The notes under the pieces were generated by a model. The model saw only the letters and a list, made by a program, of their open reading frames with translations, did not search any database and was not told where the DNA came from. Below are positions 1 to 9,443 of a stretch of DNA of 64,000 nucleotides, piece by piece. How positions within the stretch are numbered: position 1 is the stretch's first letter; the number at the start of each line of letters is the position of its first letter. The translations under genes and the position numbers were made by a program. The stretch is from Clostridia bacterium (GTDB lineage Bacteria > Bacillota > Clostridia > UMGS1840): NCBI GenBank assembly GCA_045638525.1, contig JAZUBQ010000019.1, forward strand, positions 8,418 to 72,417. The letters run 5' to 3'.

Positions 1-344
1 GATTTTTTCAGTTGTACCGGCGCCAATGTCATATTTTTTAACACTGTCATATTGGGAAACAGATTAAAATGCTGGAACACCATTCCAACTTTTTGTCTGT
101 GATAATTGATGTTGATTTTTCGATCGGTGATTTCTACATCTTCTAAATAAATTTTTCCTTCTGTGGGGACTTCTAAAAGATTTAAAGAACGAAGAAAAGT
201 AGATTTTCCACATCCGGATGGGCCAATAATAACAATTACTTCGCCTTTTGATACTTCCAGATCCACTCCGTTGAGAGCTTTAATTTCTCCGTTTTTATAA
301 TGTTTTTTCAATCCGGAAACCCGGATGATTTTATTATCGCTCAC
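1..344 (-). CDS. Polar amino acid ABC transporter ATP-binding protein (partial, runs off window start)
   Basis: Manual translation from GTG at 344: MSDNKIIRVSGLKKHYKNGEIKALNGVDLEVSKGEVIVIIGPSGCGKSTFLRSLNLLE...VGMVFQHFNLFPNMTVL. Walker A and GlnQ-type Q-loop; overlaps the permease stop. Confidence 0.92.
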   Translation of the reverse strand, partial: MSDNKIIRVSGLKKHYKNGEIKALNGVDLEVSKGEVIVIIGPSGCGKSTFLRSLNLLEVPTEGKIYLEDVEITDRKININYHRQKVGMVFQHFNLFPNMTVLKNMTLAPVQLKK

Positions 345-1062
345 TCTTTCTCAGTCTCCTTTCCAAAAGTTCTACCAGCCAAGTAAAGAACATTACCATT
401 ACCAGATAAATTGCCGCAATAGCAAGCAGTGGCCAAAAGCTTTGGTAGGTAATGCCTCGGATAATGTTGGCACCACGAGTCAGGTCAGTCACACCAACAT
501 AACCTGCAATCGCTGTTTCCTTCAGTAAAACGATAAACTCGTTTGCCAACGCCGGCAAAATATTTTTGAACGTCTGAGGAAGTACGATAAACCACATGGT
601 CTGCACATAATTCAATCCCAGCGAACGACCTGCTTCGGTCTGCCCGCCGTCAATACTCATAATACCGCCACGGATGATTTCTGCAACATACGCACCGGAA
701 TTGATACCAAATGCAATAATCCCGCACAGCATCTTGTTATCAGAGCTTGCCATAATGATAAAGAAAATAATCAGAATTTGCACCATCGCAGGAGTTCCAC
801 GAATGATGGTAAGATAAACTTTACAAATCCAGTTCCCAAGTGACAGGAAAAAACGACCGATGGGATTTCTCAGTTCTTGATACTGTTTATCATATGTAGT
901 TCTGACTGCCGCAATGACAACCCCTAATATAACACCCAAAACCAATGCACAAAAAGTCAGGACAATGGTGTTTCGAATCCCTTCAACCAGATATTTCCAG
1001 CGGTTGTCTTCTATAAACGCAACAACAAAATCTTTTTGCAGTTTTACAATCCATTCCGGCAT
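334..1062 (-). CDS. Polar amino acid ABC transporter permease (HisM/GlnP family)
   Basis: IIRGTP, AYVAEIIRGGI and EAGRSLGL (EAA loop) motifs. Confidence 0.93.
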   Translation of the reverse strand: MPEWIVKLQKDFVVAFIEDNRWKYLVEGIRNTIVLTFCALVLGVILGVVIAAVRTTYDKQYQELRNPIGRFFLSLGNWICKVYLTIIRGTPAMVQILIIFFIIMASSDNKMLCGIIAFGINSGAYVAEIIRGGIMSIDGGQTEAGRSLGLNYVQTMWFIVLPQTFKNILPALANEFIVLLKETAIAGYVGVTDLTRGANIIRGITYQSFWPLLAIAAIYLVMVMFFTWLVELLERRLRKSER

Positions 1063-1090
1063 AATCTATGATTCCTTTCAGAGAACAACA

Positions 1091-1126
1091 CAGATGTCAA
1101 CCAAGGAAATTTCCTTGGTTGACATT
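1091..1126. terminator. Intra-operon hairpin between binding protein and permease (partial terminator or mRNA stabiliser)
   Basis: ATGTCAACCAAGGAAA-TTTCCTTGGTTGACAT inverted repeat. Confidence 0.55.
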
Positions 1127-1166
1127 GTTTTGCATAAGTACTTTTTAATGGTTTTCTGCTAAAAAA

Positions 1167-1925
1167 TTATTCAGCAGGAATGTATTTTTCAATGATGGTT
1201 TGTACAGTACCGTCAGCAATCAGTTCGCCCAGAGCTTTGTCGATTGCTTCTTTTAATTCGGGCTGATCTTTGGAGACTGCAGCTGCGTAATCTTCGGTAA
1301 TGTATTCGGTATCTAAGATTTTTAAACCGGGGTTGTTTGCTACAAATACTTTTGCAGGTTCATTGTCGATAACTACGCAGTCAACTTTGTCAGAAGTTAA
1401 AGCCATAACTGCGTCTGCACCTTTGTTGTATCTTTCGATGGTACCTAAACCTTCATCTTCGATATCCCAAGTACAGTACAAGTCACCGGTAGTAGCCAAC
1501 TGAACACCAATTTTGGTGTTTGCACCTTCTTTGAACAGATCGTCAGCAGTGGTGATGGGAGAATCTTCTTTTACGATGATTACCTGAACGCCGGTAGCAT
1601 AGGTCTGAGTGAAATCAACCTGTTCTTTTCTGTCTTCGGTAACGGTCATACCGGCCATAACGAAATCGTATTTACCGGTCTGAACACCGGGAATCAGAGA
1701 ATCAAAATCAACATTTTCAATTTTTAATTCTTTGCCCAGTTTGGTTGCGATTGCCTGTGCGATTTCAGCGTCAATACCAACGATCTGACCGTTTTCCATA
1801 AATTCATAGGGGGGGAATTCAGCGTTAGTAGCCATAGTTAAGGTGTTGCTTTCGGTTTTGCCACAGCCTGCAAATAAAGTGATAACCAGAGCTGCAACTA
1901 AAGTGAGTAAAAGCGCTTTTTTCAT
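1167..1925 (-). CDS. Amino acid ABC transporter substrate-binding lipoprotein (SBP_bac_3)
   Basis: Start at MKKALLL after AAGGAGG RBS; lipobox FAGC; ATNAEFPPYE motif. Confidence 0.93.
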   Translation of the reverse strand: MKKALLLTLVAALVITLFAGCGKTESNTLTMATNAEFPPYEFMENGQIVGIDAEIAQAIATKLGKELKIENVDFDSLIPGVQTGKYDFVMAGMTVTEDRKEQVDFTQTYATGVQVIIVKEDSPITTADDLFKEGANTKIGVQLATTGDLYCTWDIEDEGLGTIERYNKGADAVMALTSDKVDCVVIDNEPAKVFVANNPGLKILDTEYITEDYAAAVSKDQPELKEAIDKALGELIADGTVQTIIEKYIPAE

Positions 1926-2085
1926 AATAATTTCCTCCTTGCACAAATATGTGCTGATTTTGTTTTTACAGATACTCCATGATATTATACTATAAGTCGG
2001 CATATTTTTCAATAGATTTTAAAAAATTTATTCGTTTTTTTGCATTTTTATTACATTTGCATAAGGAAATCGGAGTTTTCCCAAG

Positions 2086-2979
2086 CTACAATACAATCTT
2101 CACAGAAGATGCATATTCGGATGGAGTCATTTTGGTCATCTGCTTAAATTGTTTGGAAAAATAGTGAATACTGTCGTATCCCAAAATCCCTGCAATTTGC
2201 GTAAAGTTATAGTTATCTTCCCGAATCAGCATTTTAGCACGTTCAATTTTTAAAAAATTAAAATACTGCATAACACCCATTCCCGTTTTTTCTTTAAATA
2301 ACGTTTTCAAACTGGTGCTGCTGGTTTTGGAATATTTTAATACTTCAGAAAATGTCAAAGGATTTCCGATATTTTCATTTAAAAACTCAATGACATCCTC
2401 CACAATATCGTTATCCATCCGCTCTTTTAGCACAGAAAGAGAAGCTTTTTGCACATTGGAAATCATATTATTGCGATATAAAGAAAGCAAAAACTGCTGC
2501 AAATACAGCAAAAGCATCTGCTCTGCCCCAAAAAAAGATTCTTCTTTCCGCAATAATCCTGACGTTAAAGGGTCATTTAACGGCGTGGAAAACGCTTTGG
2601 TACTTTCTTTGATGATCGACGACAACAAATTTTTTTCTTCCTTTGTCACATGAAAGACCTTGTTTTTAAAAAACTGCATCGCTTTGGAATTGCACTCAAA
2701 AGAAACGATTGCAATATTAGGCGCAATGATACCGTTCGAAAATACGTTGTGAAATTCGTTGGGGTGATGAAAAATCACTTCCCCTTGCCGTAAACGGTGG
2801 GTAGTATCACCGGCAATGACGTTGATTTCGCCTTTATCTACATATAAAAATTCCCAGAAATTGTGTTGTTCTCCCGTAAATTTAAAGTCCTTACTATACT
2901 CCAGATAATGAACCGTTACCAAATGGCGAATCACAAATTCTTCTTTCAACCTGGTTTTTTTATATTGAATTTCTTTCAA
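2086..2979 (-). CDS. AraC family transcriptional regulator (N-terminal cupin domain)
   Basis: HNFWEFLYV cupin segment; C-terminal IAGILGYDSIHYFSKQFK..MTPSEY HTH. Confidence 0.92.
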   Translation of the reverse strand: MKEIQYKKTRLKEEFVIRHLVTVHYLEYSKDFKFTGEQHNFWEFLYVDKGEINVIAGDTTHRLRQGEVIFHHPNEFHNVFSNGIIAPNIAIVSFECNSKAMQFFKNKVFHVTKEEKNLLSSIIKESTKAFSTPLNDPLTSGLLRKEESFFGAEQMLLLYLQQFLLSLYRNNMISNVQKASLSVLKERMDNDIVEDVIEFLNENIGNPLTFSEVLKYSKTSSTSLKTLFKEKTGMGVMQYFNFLKIERAKMLIREDNYNFTQIAGILGYDSIHYFSKQFKQMTKMTPSEYASSVKIVL

Positions 2980-3000
2980 AAAGATTCCTCTCCATTCTGC

Positions 3001-3588
3001 CTAAAGTGAGGACTGCAGCCAAGGAAGAATTGCTGTTACGGGCAATCCGACCACATTGTCGAAATCCCCCTCAATTTCTTGCACAAATTTTGATGCAATT
3101 CCCTGGATGGCGTAGCTTCCGGCTTTGTCAAAAGGCTCTCCCGTGGCAATATAATCACGGATTTCTTCCTCGGTTAAGGGTTTAAAATACACTTTGGTTT
3201 CACATACGCTGGATTGGTAGGAAACGCCTGCAGAGTTTACCGTGGCAAGCGTAACTCCCGTAAATACACTGTGTGCTTTTCCACTCAGTTTACAAAGCAT
3301 CGAAAAAGCATCGGCCTCATTTGCCGGTTTCCCGAAAATTTCCCCATCCAATGCTACAACGGTATCTGCAGCTATAATCAGAACTTCCTGACTTTGAAAA
3401 TGCTCTGCCGCACTTTTTGCCTTTCTGAAAGAAAGTTCTGCCACCAGGTCTTTGGGTGCCATAGGTTCGTTAACAGTTTCATCCGCATCGGTAACAAACA
3501 CCTGAAAATCAATTCCGTGTTTTTGCAACAATTCCTTGCGTCTGGGTGACTGCGATGCCAAAATAATATTTATTTTTTTCGATTCCAT
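3001..3588 (-). CDS. maf: Maf family nucleoside triphosphate pyrophosphatase
   Basis: ILASQSPRR, AADTVV, DKAGSYAIQG and NVVGLP motifs; GGAG RBS before ATG 3588. Confidence 0.93.
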   Translation of the reverse strand: MESKKINIILASQSPRRKELLQKHGIDFQVFVTDADETVNEPMAPKDLVAELSFRKAKSAAEHFQSQEVLIIAADTVVALDGEIFGKPANEADAFSMLCKLSGKAHSVFTGVTLATVNSAGVSYQSSVCETKVYFKPLTEEEIRDYIATGEPFDKAGSYAIQGIASKFVQEIEGDFDNVVGLPVTAILPWLQSSL

Positions 3589-3617
3589 CTGTTTCTCCAT
3601 ATATTGCAACAAATTGT

Positions 3618-4379
3618 TTATTCAAACATCCATTTCAACACATACTGAATATACTCATCCCAGAAAGTCCAGCAATGGGTACCGGAAGATTCACGGTAGG
3701 TATAGTCAAAATCAAGTGTTTGCATTTTATCACGAAACGCTACATTACCTTCATACAGAAAATCTTCAGTTCCAACCCCCATATATACACGGGGTTTCAC
3801 TGCTTTTTTATTGGCTTCTTCCACAATGGCAAACAAATCTTCACTTGCAGGAACTTCGGGGTTTTCACCAAATACGGGAACCATCAAATCCGGACAACCT
3901 TTGGTCCATCCGGCAAGGTCAGCCACCGCTGAAAGCCCTGCACAAGCAGCATAACGGTCCGGATTTTTCAAACCGATTTTTAAAGCACCGTATCCGCCCA
4001 TGGATAGACCTGCAATGAAATTATTTTCTCTTTTTTGAGAAATACCGAAAAATTCTTCCATCAGACGGGGCAGTTCTTCTGCAATATAAGTATAATAATT
4101 TTCTCCGTATTTCATATCGGTATAAAAACTTCTGCCGCCAAAAGGCATCACTACGCAAATGCCGTATTCCTCAGCATAACGTTCAATGGAGGTACGACGA
4201 AGCCAAATGGACTGGTCATCGGTTAACCCGTGTAATAAATACAAACATTTATATTCCGAATTGCCCACTTTCCCTGCTACACCGATTTGCCCTTCGGTCC
4301 CTCTCTGGGGTAAAAAGACATTAACGGTTGTCTGAAGACCTAAAGCTTCACTATAAAAATTCGCTTCAAAAAATGCCAT
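3618..4379 (-). CDS. Esterase, alpha/beta hydrolase (tributyrin esterase / S-formylglutathione hydrolase-like)
   Basis: YLLHG, nucleophile elbow GLSMGG, GTEDFL and GTHCW catalytic His. Confidence 0.88.
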   Translation of the reverse strand: MAFFEANFYSEALGLQTTVNVFLPQRGTEGQIGVAGKVGNSEYKCLYLLHGLTDDQSIWLRRTSIERYAEEYGICVVMPFGGRSFYTDMKYGENYYTYIAEELPRLMEEFFGISQKRENNFIAGLSMGGYGALKIGLKNPDRYAACAGLSAVADLAGWTKGCPDLMVPVFGENPEVPASEDLFAIVEEANKKAVKPRVYMGVGTEDFLYEGNVAFRDKMQTLDFDYTYRESSGTHCWTFWDEYIQYVLKWMFE

Positions 4380-4560
4380 AATTTGTTTCTCCAATCTTAT
4401 AGTATTAAATAATCATACAATCGTTTCATTCGTATGTATCAAAAACATCACGAAAAATGATATCAGTAAACCTTAAATTTACCGAAACTATTTTACCACA
4501 ATTTGTGAAAAAAGTCAATCACTTTAGTTTTTTGGACAATAAAAAAATTACAAGCTCTCT

Positions 4561-4591
4561 GTCATAAATGAGGACAGCCTCTCATAAAAAT
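4561..4591 (+). promoter_or_regulatory. Putative sigma-E promoter of the spoIIIA operon
   Basis: TCATAAA-N14-CATAAAAA resembles the sigE consensus; spoIIIA is sigE-dependent in characterised spore formers. Confidence 0.5.
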
Positions 4592-4618
4592 ATAAAAAAC
4601 AAGGGAGGTGTTATCCAA

Positions 4619-5488
4619 ATGAGCCGTTCTCTTCCTCAATTACAAAACCTATTGCCGCCGTTATTAGCTCCGTACATCACCAAAACAACCGAAGAAATTC
4701 GGTTCCGGCGCAATCAACCGGTCATTGTGAGAGAATCAAACAAAGAAATCATCACACCGCTCATTTGCACCAATACTCTGCAAGAAGACCTGATTGACAA
4801 GCTGACAAAAAGTTCCTTATACAGTTGTTTTGACAGTATCGCGCAAGGATTTTTAACCATCGAGGGTGGACATCGGGCAGGCATTTGCGGAACCGGTGTC
4901 TACGAAAACGGAACGTTGGTATATGTAAAAGATATTTCTTCGGTCAATCTCCGGATTGCCAACGAAAAGAAAGATTGTGCCAAGCAGTTGTTTGAGCAAG
5001 TAATTTCGGAGTCTCAGATTCCGGGCATCCTGTTGATTTCTCCGCCCGGATGCGGAAAAACCACTCTGCTAAGAGATCTGATCAGACAACTTTCCAATAA
5101 AATTCCAAAAATACGCATATCAGTGATTGATGAACGAAGCGAAATTGCAGGAGTACATATTGGAGAGGCACAAAATGATTTGGGAAAACGGTGTGATATC
5201 TTAAACGGATATACAAAATCCGACGGCATCCGCCACGCCATCCGTGCTCTGTCACCGGATGTGATTGCTGTCGACGAAATCGGAACTTCAAAAGACGAGG
5301 ACAGCCTGCTGTATGCGGCTCAGGCAGGTGTTTGTATTTTGGCAACCATTCACGGAAATTCTGACGGAAATTTTCAAAAGAATATCCGTCGTTTGACCCG
5401 TGAACATATCTTTGACTACTATGTTTATCTCTCAAATAAAAATCCTGATAATCGCATTGAGCGAATCGTTTCGGTAAAGGAGGGATAA
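4619..5488 (+). CDS. spoIIIAA: Stage III sporulation protein AA (ATPase)
   Basis: EEIRFR, GFLTIEGGHRAGICG, SPPGCGKTTLLRD, VIDERSEIA, PDVIAVDEIG, ATIHG; GGGAGGTG RBS. Confidence 0.95.
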   Translation: MSRSLPQLQNLLPPLLAPYITKTTEEIRFRRNQPVIVRESNKEIITPLICTNTLQEDLIDKLTKSSLYSCFDSIAQGFLTIEGGHRAGICGTGVYENGTLVYVKDISSVNLRIANEKKDCAKQLFEQVISESQIPGILLISPPGCGKTTLLRDLIRQLSNKIPKIRISVIDERSEIAGVHIGEAQNDLGKRCDILNGYTKSDGIRHAIRALSPDVIAVDEIGTSKDEDSLLYAAQAGVCILATIHGNSDGNFQKNIRRLTREHIFDYYVYLSNKNPDNRIERIVSVKEG

Positions 5489-5489
5489 A

Positions 5490-5984
5490 ATGCTTCACTT
5501 ATTTGGCATTTCTTTCATTTTAACAGGAGATGTTTTGTTGACAAGATATCTGTTTCATGAAAAAAATAAAAAACTGGTCTGTGTTCTGGAGACGATGACA
5601 TTTCTTCGTGAACTCACCTGTCTGATGTATGAGTTCAAACTCCCTTTGGATGAAGCACTCAAGCGACAAGCCGACAACGGAGGTTTTTTTGAAGCTTTGT
5701 GGGAACAAATCCAACAAAATCCTCACCAAAACATCCGGTCTGCTCTGACAGAAGCCGTACAACAACTCCCCTTCCCCGAAAAAGAAACAAAAAACATTGT
5801 CATTGAATACTTAAAAAATCTCGGAAAATCGCCCAAAGAACAAACCACCGAACATTACGAAATCGTGTTAAAACACCTTAAAATGCTGTACACTGCAAAA
5901 AAAGAAGAATTTCATAAAAGCAACAAACTGTCGGCGGGTGCAATCTACGGAATCAGCCTTGCCGTCGCAATATTATTATGGTAA
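5490..5984 (+). CDS. spoIIIAB: Stage III sporulation protein AB
   Basis: Operon position; N- and C-terminal TM segments; PLDEAL and LGKS motifs. Confidence 0.8.
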   Translation: MLHLFGISFILTGDVLLTRYLFHEKNKKLVCVLETMTFLRELTCLMYEFKLPLDEALKRQADNGGFFEALWEQIQQNPHQNIRSALTEAVQQLPFPEKETKNIVIEYLKNLGKSPKEQTTEHYEIVLKHLKMLYTAKKEEFHKSNKLSAGAIYGISLAVAILLW

Positions 5985-5997
5985 GAGGGATGTAGCA

Positions 5998-6192
5998 ATG
6001 AACGTAGAACTGATTTTCAAAATAGCCGCTATCGGCATTATTGTTGCAATTTTAAATCAACTGCTGACCAAATCCGGTCGTGACGAACAAGCCACTATGG
6101 TTACACTTGCCGGACTTGTGGTTGTTTTGGTGGTCATTGTGAAAGAAATCGCATATTTATTTGACACCATTAAAGCGCTGTTCAATTTGTAA
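5998..6192 (+). CDS. spoIIIAC: Stage III sporulation protein AC
   Basis: MNVELIFKIAAIGIIVAILNQLLTKSGRDEQA...LFDTIKALF, the canonical SpoIIIAC pattern. Confidence 0.96.
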   Translation: MNVELIFKIAAIGIIVAILNQLLTKSGRDEQATMVTLAGLVVVLVVIVKEIAYLFDTIKALFNL

Positions 6193-6205
6193 GAGGTGAA
6201 GCACA

Positions 6206-6592
6206 ATGGATATTCTGGCAAAAATTATAGGAATTGCGCTCATCGGCACAATCCTTGCCATTGTTTTAAAAGAAAGAACGCCGCAGTATGCTCTGGCTGT
6301 TTCTTTGGTCACGGGAATCTTAATTTTCACGCTGATTGCCACAAAGCTAGAATCGGTCATCCAACAAATGAAAGCTATCGTGTCCGAAGCCGGAATGGAA
6401 TCGGAAACAGTCAATTTGGTACTTAAAATTTGCACAATGGGAATGGTCTCAGAATTTTTTTGTAATCTGATTGCGGATGCCGGAGAAGTTGCTATTGCTA
6501 AAAAGGCTGAACTTTCAGTCAAAATCATTATGTTTTTGATGATTCTTCCTCTGATGGGAAAGGTTGTGGATATGGTATGGTCTTTGTTTTGA
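6206..6592 (+). CDS. spoIIIAD: Stage III sporulation protein AD
   Basis: IIGIALIG...LK...PQYA and DAGEVAIAKKAEL..K motifs. Confidence 0.92.
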   Translation: MDILAKIIGIALIGTILAIVLKERTPQYALAVSLVTGILIFTLIATKLESVIQQMKAIVSEAGMESETVNLVLKICTMGMVSEFFCNLIADAGEVAIAKKAELSVKIIMFLMILPLMGKVVDMVWSLF

Positions 6593-7662
6593 CAGACACT
6601 CGTAAAAACGCAATCAAAAAATTCATTCTGATACTGATCCTTTTACTATCCCTTCCCACCTTCGCAAATGCAAAAGAACCGGAAAATCCCACGCAAAAGA
6701 TTCTGTCACTTGCCCAGGACAGTCCGTCATATCAACAAAACCAAGATGACAAGCCGTCGTTTGCAAATCTATTAAACCAAACAAAACAGCTGTTTTTCGG
6801 AGAATTAAAAGCAATGCTTTCCAGAGTAAAAATGTTGTTTATCGTACTGATGTTTTTGGGAATCAAAGGCTGTATGAATTTTCCGCTCAGCTTAAACAGA
6901 ACCGTCACCTTAGGCTGTATGGCTCCAATTTTATACCTGACAAGTGAAATTTTTACAGAGCTTTCCAATGTGGCTACAGATATGATAGACAAACTGTCTC
7001 AATTTGTCTATCTGATTATCCCTATGCTCACCGGGCTGATTGCCAACGGAGGACGCATGCTCAGTTCCGCAAAAAGCACCTATTTTATTCTGGGATTTAT
7101 GAACATACTGATATATTTAATCAATCACATCTTTGTTCCGGCAATTCTTTTATACTTCATATGCTCGGTGATGTCAGCTTTGGTAGAAAAAGATTATTTT
7201 TCGGCTCTCAAAAAAGCACTTCTGTCACTCAACAAAACTGCACTTCCTCTGTGCATCGGGATTTTCACCACATTGTTAACCGTTCTTACCACCGTATCCA
7301 AATCCTCTGATGCACTTACCCTTCAAACCGCAAAAATGGCACTTGGAAACTGCATCCCCTTTCTGGGCTCTGCACTGTCTGATTCAGGAGAGTATCTGAT
7401 TCAGACAGTTTCACAAATCAAAGCTCAGGCAGGTCTGGCAGGCATTGTGGCATTATGTTATATTTTTCTGGTCCCCATTTTGAAAATTCTGTGCGGAATT
7501 TTAATTTTGAAAGGCCTCACGGTTTGTGCCGGTTTTTTATGCGAAGAAACCGTGACCGAATTTTACGACAACGCTCAAACCGCTCTGGGAATGTTGGCAG
7601 GAATCACAGCAACGGCATCGGTGATTGCTATTTTGGGAATTATGATTCTGATGGGGCTATAA
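6577..7662 (+). CDS. spoIIIAE: Stage III sporulation protein AE (polytopic membrane protein)
   Basis: Operon position; TAKMALGNCIPFLGSALSD motif; multiple TM helices. Confidence 0.88.
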   Translation: MVFVLTDTRKNAIKKFILILILLLSLPTFANAKEPENPTQKILSLAQDSPSYQQNQDDKPSFANLLNQTKQLFFGELKAMLSRVKMLFIVLMFLGIKGCMNFPLSLNRTVTLGCMAPILYLTSEIFTELSNVATDMIDKLSQFVYLIIPMLTGLIANGGRMLSSAKSTYFILGFMNILIYLINHIFVPAILLYFICSVMSALVEKDYFSALKKALLSLNKTALPLCIGIFTTLLTVLTTVSKSSDALTLQTAKMALGNCIPFLGSALSDSGEYLIQTVSQIKAQAGLAGIVALCYIFLVPILKILCGILILKGLTVCAGFLCEETVTEFYDNAQTALGMLAGITATASVIAILGIMILMGL

Positions 7663-7675
7663 GAAAGGAACTTCT

Positions 7676-8122
7676 ATGCTGTCACTAATTATGAAACTAA
7701 AATCTGTGGTTTTTGTGATACTACTCTGCGAATTTTTAAAAGAATTACTTGTTGGCGAAAAATTCAAACAGTATATTCAATTTGCGGTCAGTCTTTTTCT
7801 GTTTACTTTTTTTCTTTCCGCATTTTTACACACGGATTTTTCATTCGTGCCATTATCTGAGCTGATGGTTTCGTATGAAAGTGAAAATCTGCTTCTTCAG
7901 CAATACGAAACGCAAATTGAAACTGCTGTTTCCGAAGAATTGTCCAAAAACCAATGTTCGTTCCAAACAGTCAGCGTTACCCTGTCGGATTCCTACGAAA
8001 TTAAAAACATCCGCATTATCTCGGAAGAAGATCCGAACAAAATTCATTCTCTGTTGAAAGGAGACGTCCCCTATGAAGTGGTACACCCGACTTCTGAAAT
8101 TCCTGCCCAAAAATCTTACTGA
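7676..8122 (+). CDS. spoIIIAF: Stage III sporulation protein AF
   Basis: Operon position; two N-terminal TMs around FKQYIQF, then a soluble domain; divergent and short. Confidence 0.7.
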   Translation: MLSLIMKLKSVVFVILLCEFLKELLVGEKFKQYIQFAVSLFLFTFFLSAFLHTDFSFVPLSELMVSYESENLLLQQYETQIETAVSEELSKNQCSFQTVSVTLSDSYEIKNIRIISEEDPNKIHSLLKGDVPYEVVHPTSEIPAQKSY

Positions 8123-8603
8123 TAAAAAAAACAAACTGATTTTAATTCTTTTCCTTGCGGGATTTCTTTGTCTGTTAGTTCCGCAAAATCAAAAAAAAGA
8201 GGAATCTTCTCCTGTGGAAGTGAATATGATAAACCATCAGAATCACACAAAAAAAGAGTTGGAAAAGCTTCTCACAAAACTGACGGGCGTTACGGTCAAA
8301 ATAGTCTTTACATACAAGGACACCGGAGATATCAGCGTAGTGACCGAAGAAAGTTTATCGGTAGAAACCAACCCAAACGACGGAACATCAAATATGCAAA
8401 AAGACACCAAACCGATTACCGACAGCAATAAAAATATTATGATAAAAAACCGTCAGCAACCAACCATCAAGGGGGTATGTATTTTTTATTTCGGAACGTA
8501 TCAAAAATCAGTGGAAGATCTGCTGTATCGGGCTGCCAAAAGTGCCTTAGGTGCAGAAATTCACACAGTAGAAGTTATTTTTAAACCAACTGAAAGGAAC
8601 TAA
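8073..8603 (+). CDS. spoIIIAG: Stage III sporulation protein AG
   Basis: N-terminal TM; LEKLLTKLTGV and PTIKGV ring-building motif segments. Confidence 0.8.
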   Translation: MKWYTRLLKFLPKNLTDKKNKLILILFLAGFLCLLVPQNQKKEESSPVEVNMINHQNHTKKELEKLLTKLTGVTVKIVFTYKDTGDISVVTEESLSVETNPNDGTSNMQKDTKPITDSNKNIMIKNRQQPTIKGVCIFYFGTYQKSVEDLLYRAAKSALGAEIHTVEVIFKPTERN

Positions 8604-8608
8604 TTATT

Positions 8609-9115
8609 ATGTTGTTATTACAAAAACGAAAAGTAGCCGCTGTTATTTGTACTGCTCTATTGGCAACTGCAGGTGTGGTCAACTATATCAATCATACCGA
8701 AACGGAATCCGTCTCATTGTCCTTACCTCCTGCAGATGAAAGTTATGATGAAGAAACAAACTACGGAGAAGCAAAATACGTTTCTCAGGAAATCGACTTA
8801 GAAAAAAACAGAAGCGAAGCAGTGGCACTGTTAAAAACCGTATCGGAAGATGAAGGCGCCGACCCTGTGAAAAAAGCAGAAGCACAAGGGGAAATCATCC
8901 GAATCGCCAAAGATATGGAAAAAGAAGCTGTGGTGAAAGAAATTTTATCGGAGAAAGGGTTTTCGGATGTCAGCGTCTATTTAAATTCTCCGCAGGCAAC
9001 CGTCAGCGTAAAATCAGATGGATTAACCGATCAACAACTGGCACAAATCCGTGACACTATGCGAAATGATGCAAATATTGAGCCCCAGAATCTGAAAATA
9101 ATTGAAGCAAAATAA
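8609..9115 (+). CDS. spoIIIAH: Stage III sporulation protein AH
   Basis: N-terminal TM; YGEAKYV, E.ILSEKGFSDVSV, LT...AQIRD and IKII-like C-terminus. Confidence 0.88.
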   Translation: MLLLQKRKVAAVICTALLATAGVVNYINHTETESVSLSLPPADESYDEETNYGEAKYVSQEIDLEKNRSEAVALLKTVSEDEGADPVKKAEAQGEIIRIAKDMEKEAVVKEILSEKGFSDVSVYLNSPQATVSVKSDGLTDQQLAQIRDTMRNDANIEPQNLKIIEAK

Positions 9116-9120
9116 TGAAC

Positions 9121-9149
9121 TTGTGATATTTTAAACTATTTGCTACAAT
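9121..9149 (+). promoter_or_regulatory. Sigma-A-like promoter upstream of the small ORF/portal pair
   Basis: TTGTGA-N17-TACAAT with extended -10 TG. Confidence 0.5.
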
Positions 9150-9197
9150 ACCTCATGAGTAGTTCGGAGTTTACTATAAACGATATGAGGTGAAACC

Positions 9198-9443
9198 ATG
9201 AGCACAACCAATCAGGAAAAGCAGGAATATTTAGAAAAACGCAGATATTTTTACTCCGTTACCCCCACCTATTACGGAAACGGTAATTTTGCTGCAAGAA
9301 AAAAGAAAGAAGCAGAACAGGAAAAACGTGCAAAAACTTTGTTAAAGTATCTTAACGAAGCAAAAAAATCTGCTATCAAACGAGGAATGTACAACCAAAA
9401 ACCCTATCAAACTGTAGTATCGGAGGCAGAGAAAAATGTCTGA
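9198..9443 (+). CDS. Small basic hypothetical protein (81 aa), coupled to the portal-like gene
   Basis: GAGGTG RBS; stop overlaps the next start by 8 nt. Confidence 0.7.
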   Translation: MSTTNQEKQEYLEKRRYFYSVTPTYYGNGNFAARKKKEAEQEKRAKTLLKYLNEAKKSAIKRGMYNQKPYQTVVSEAEKNV

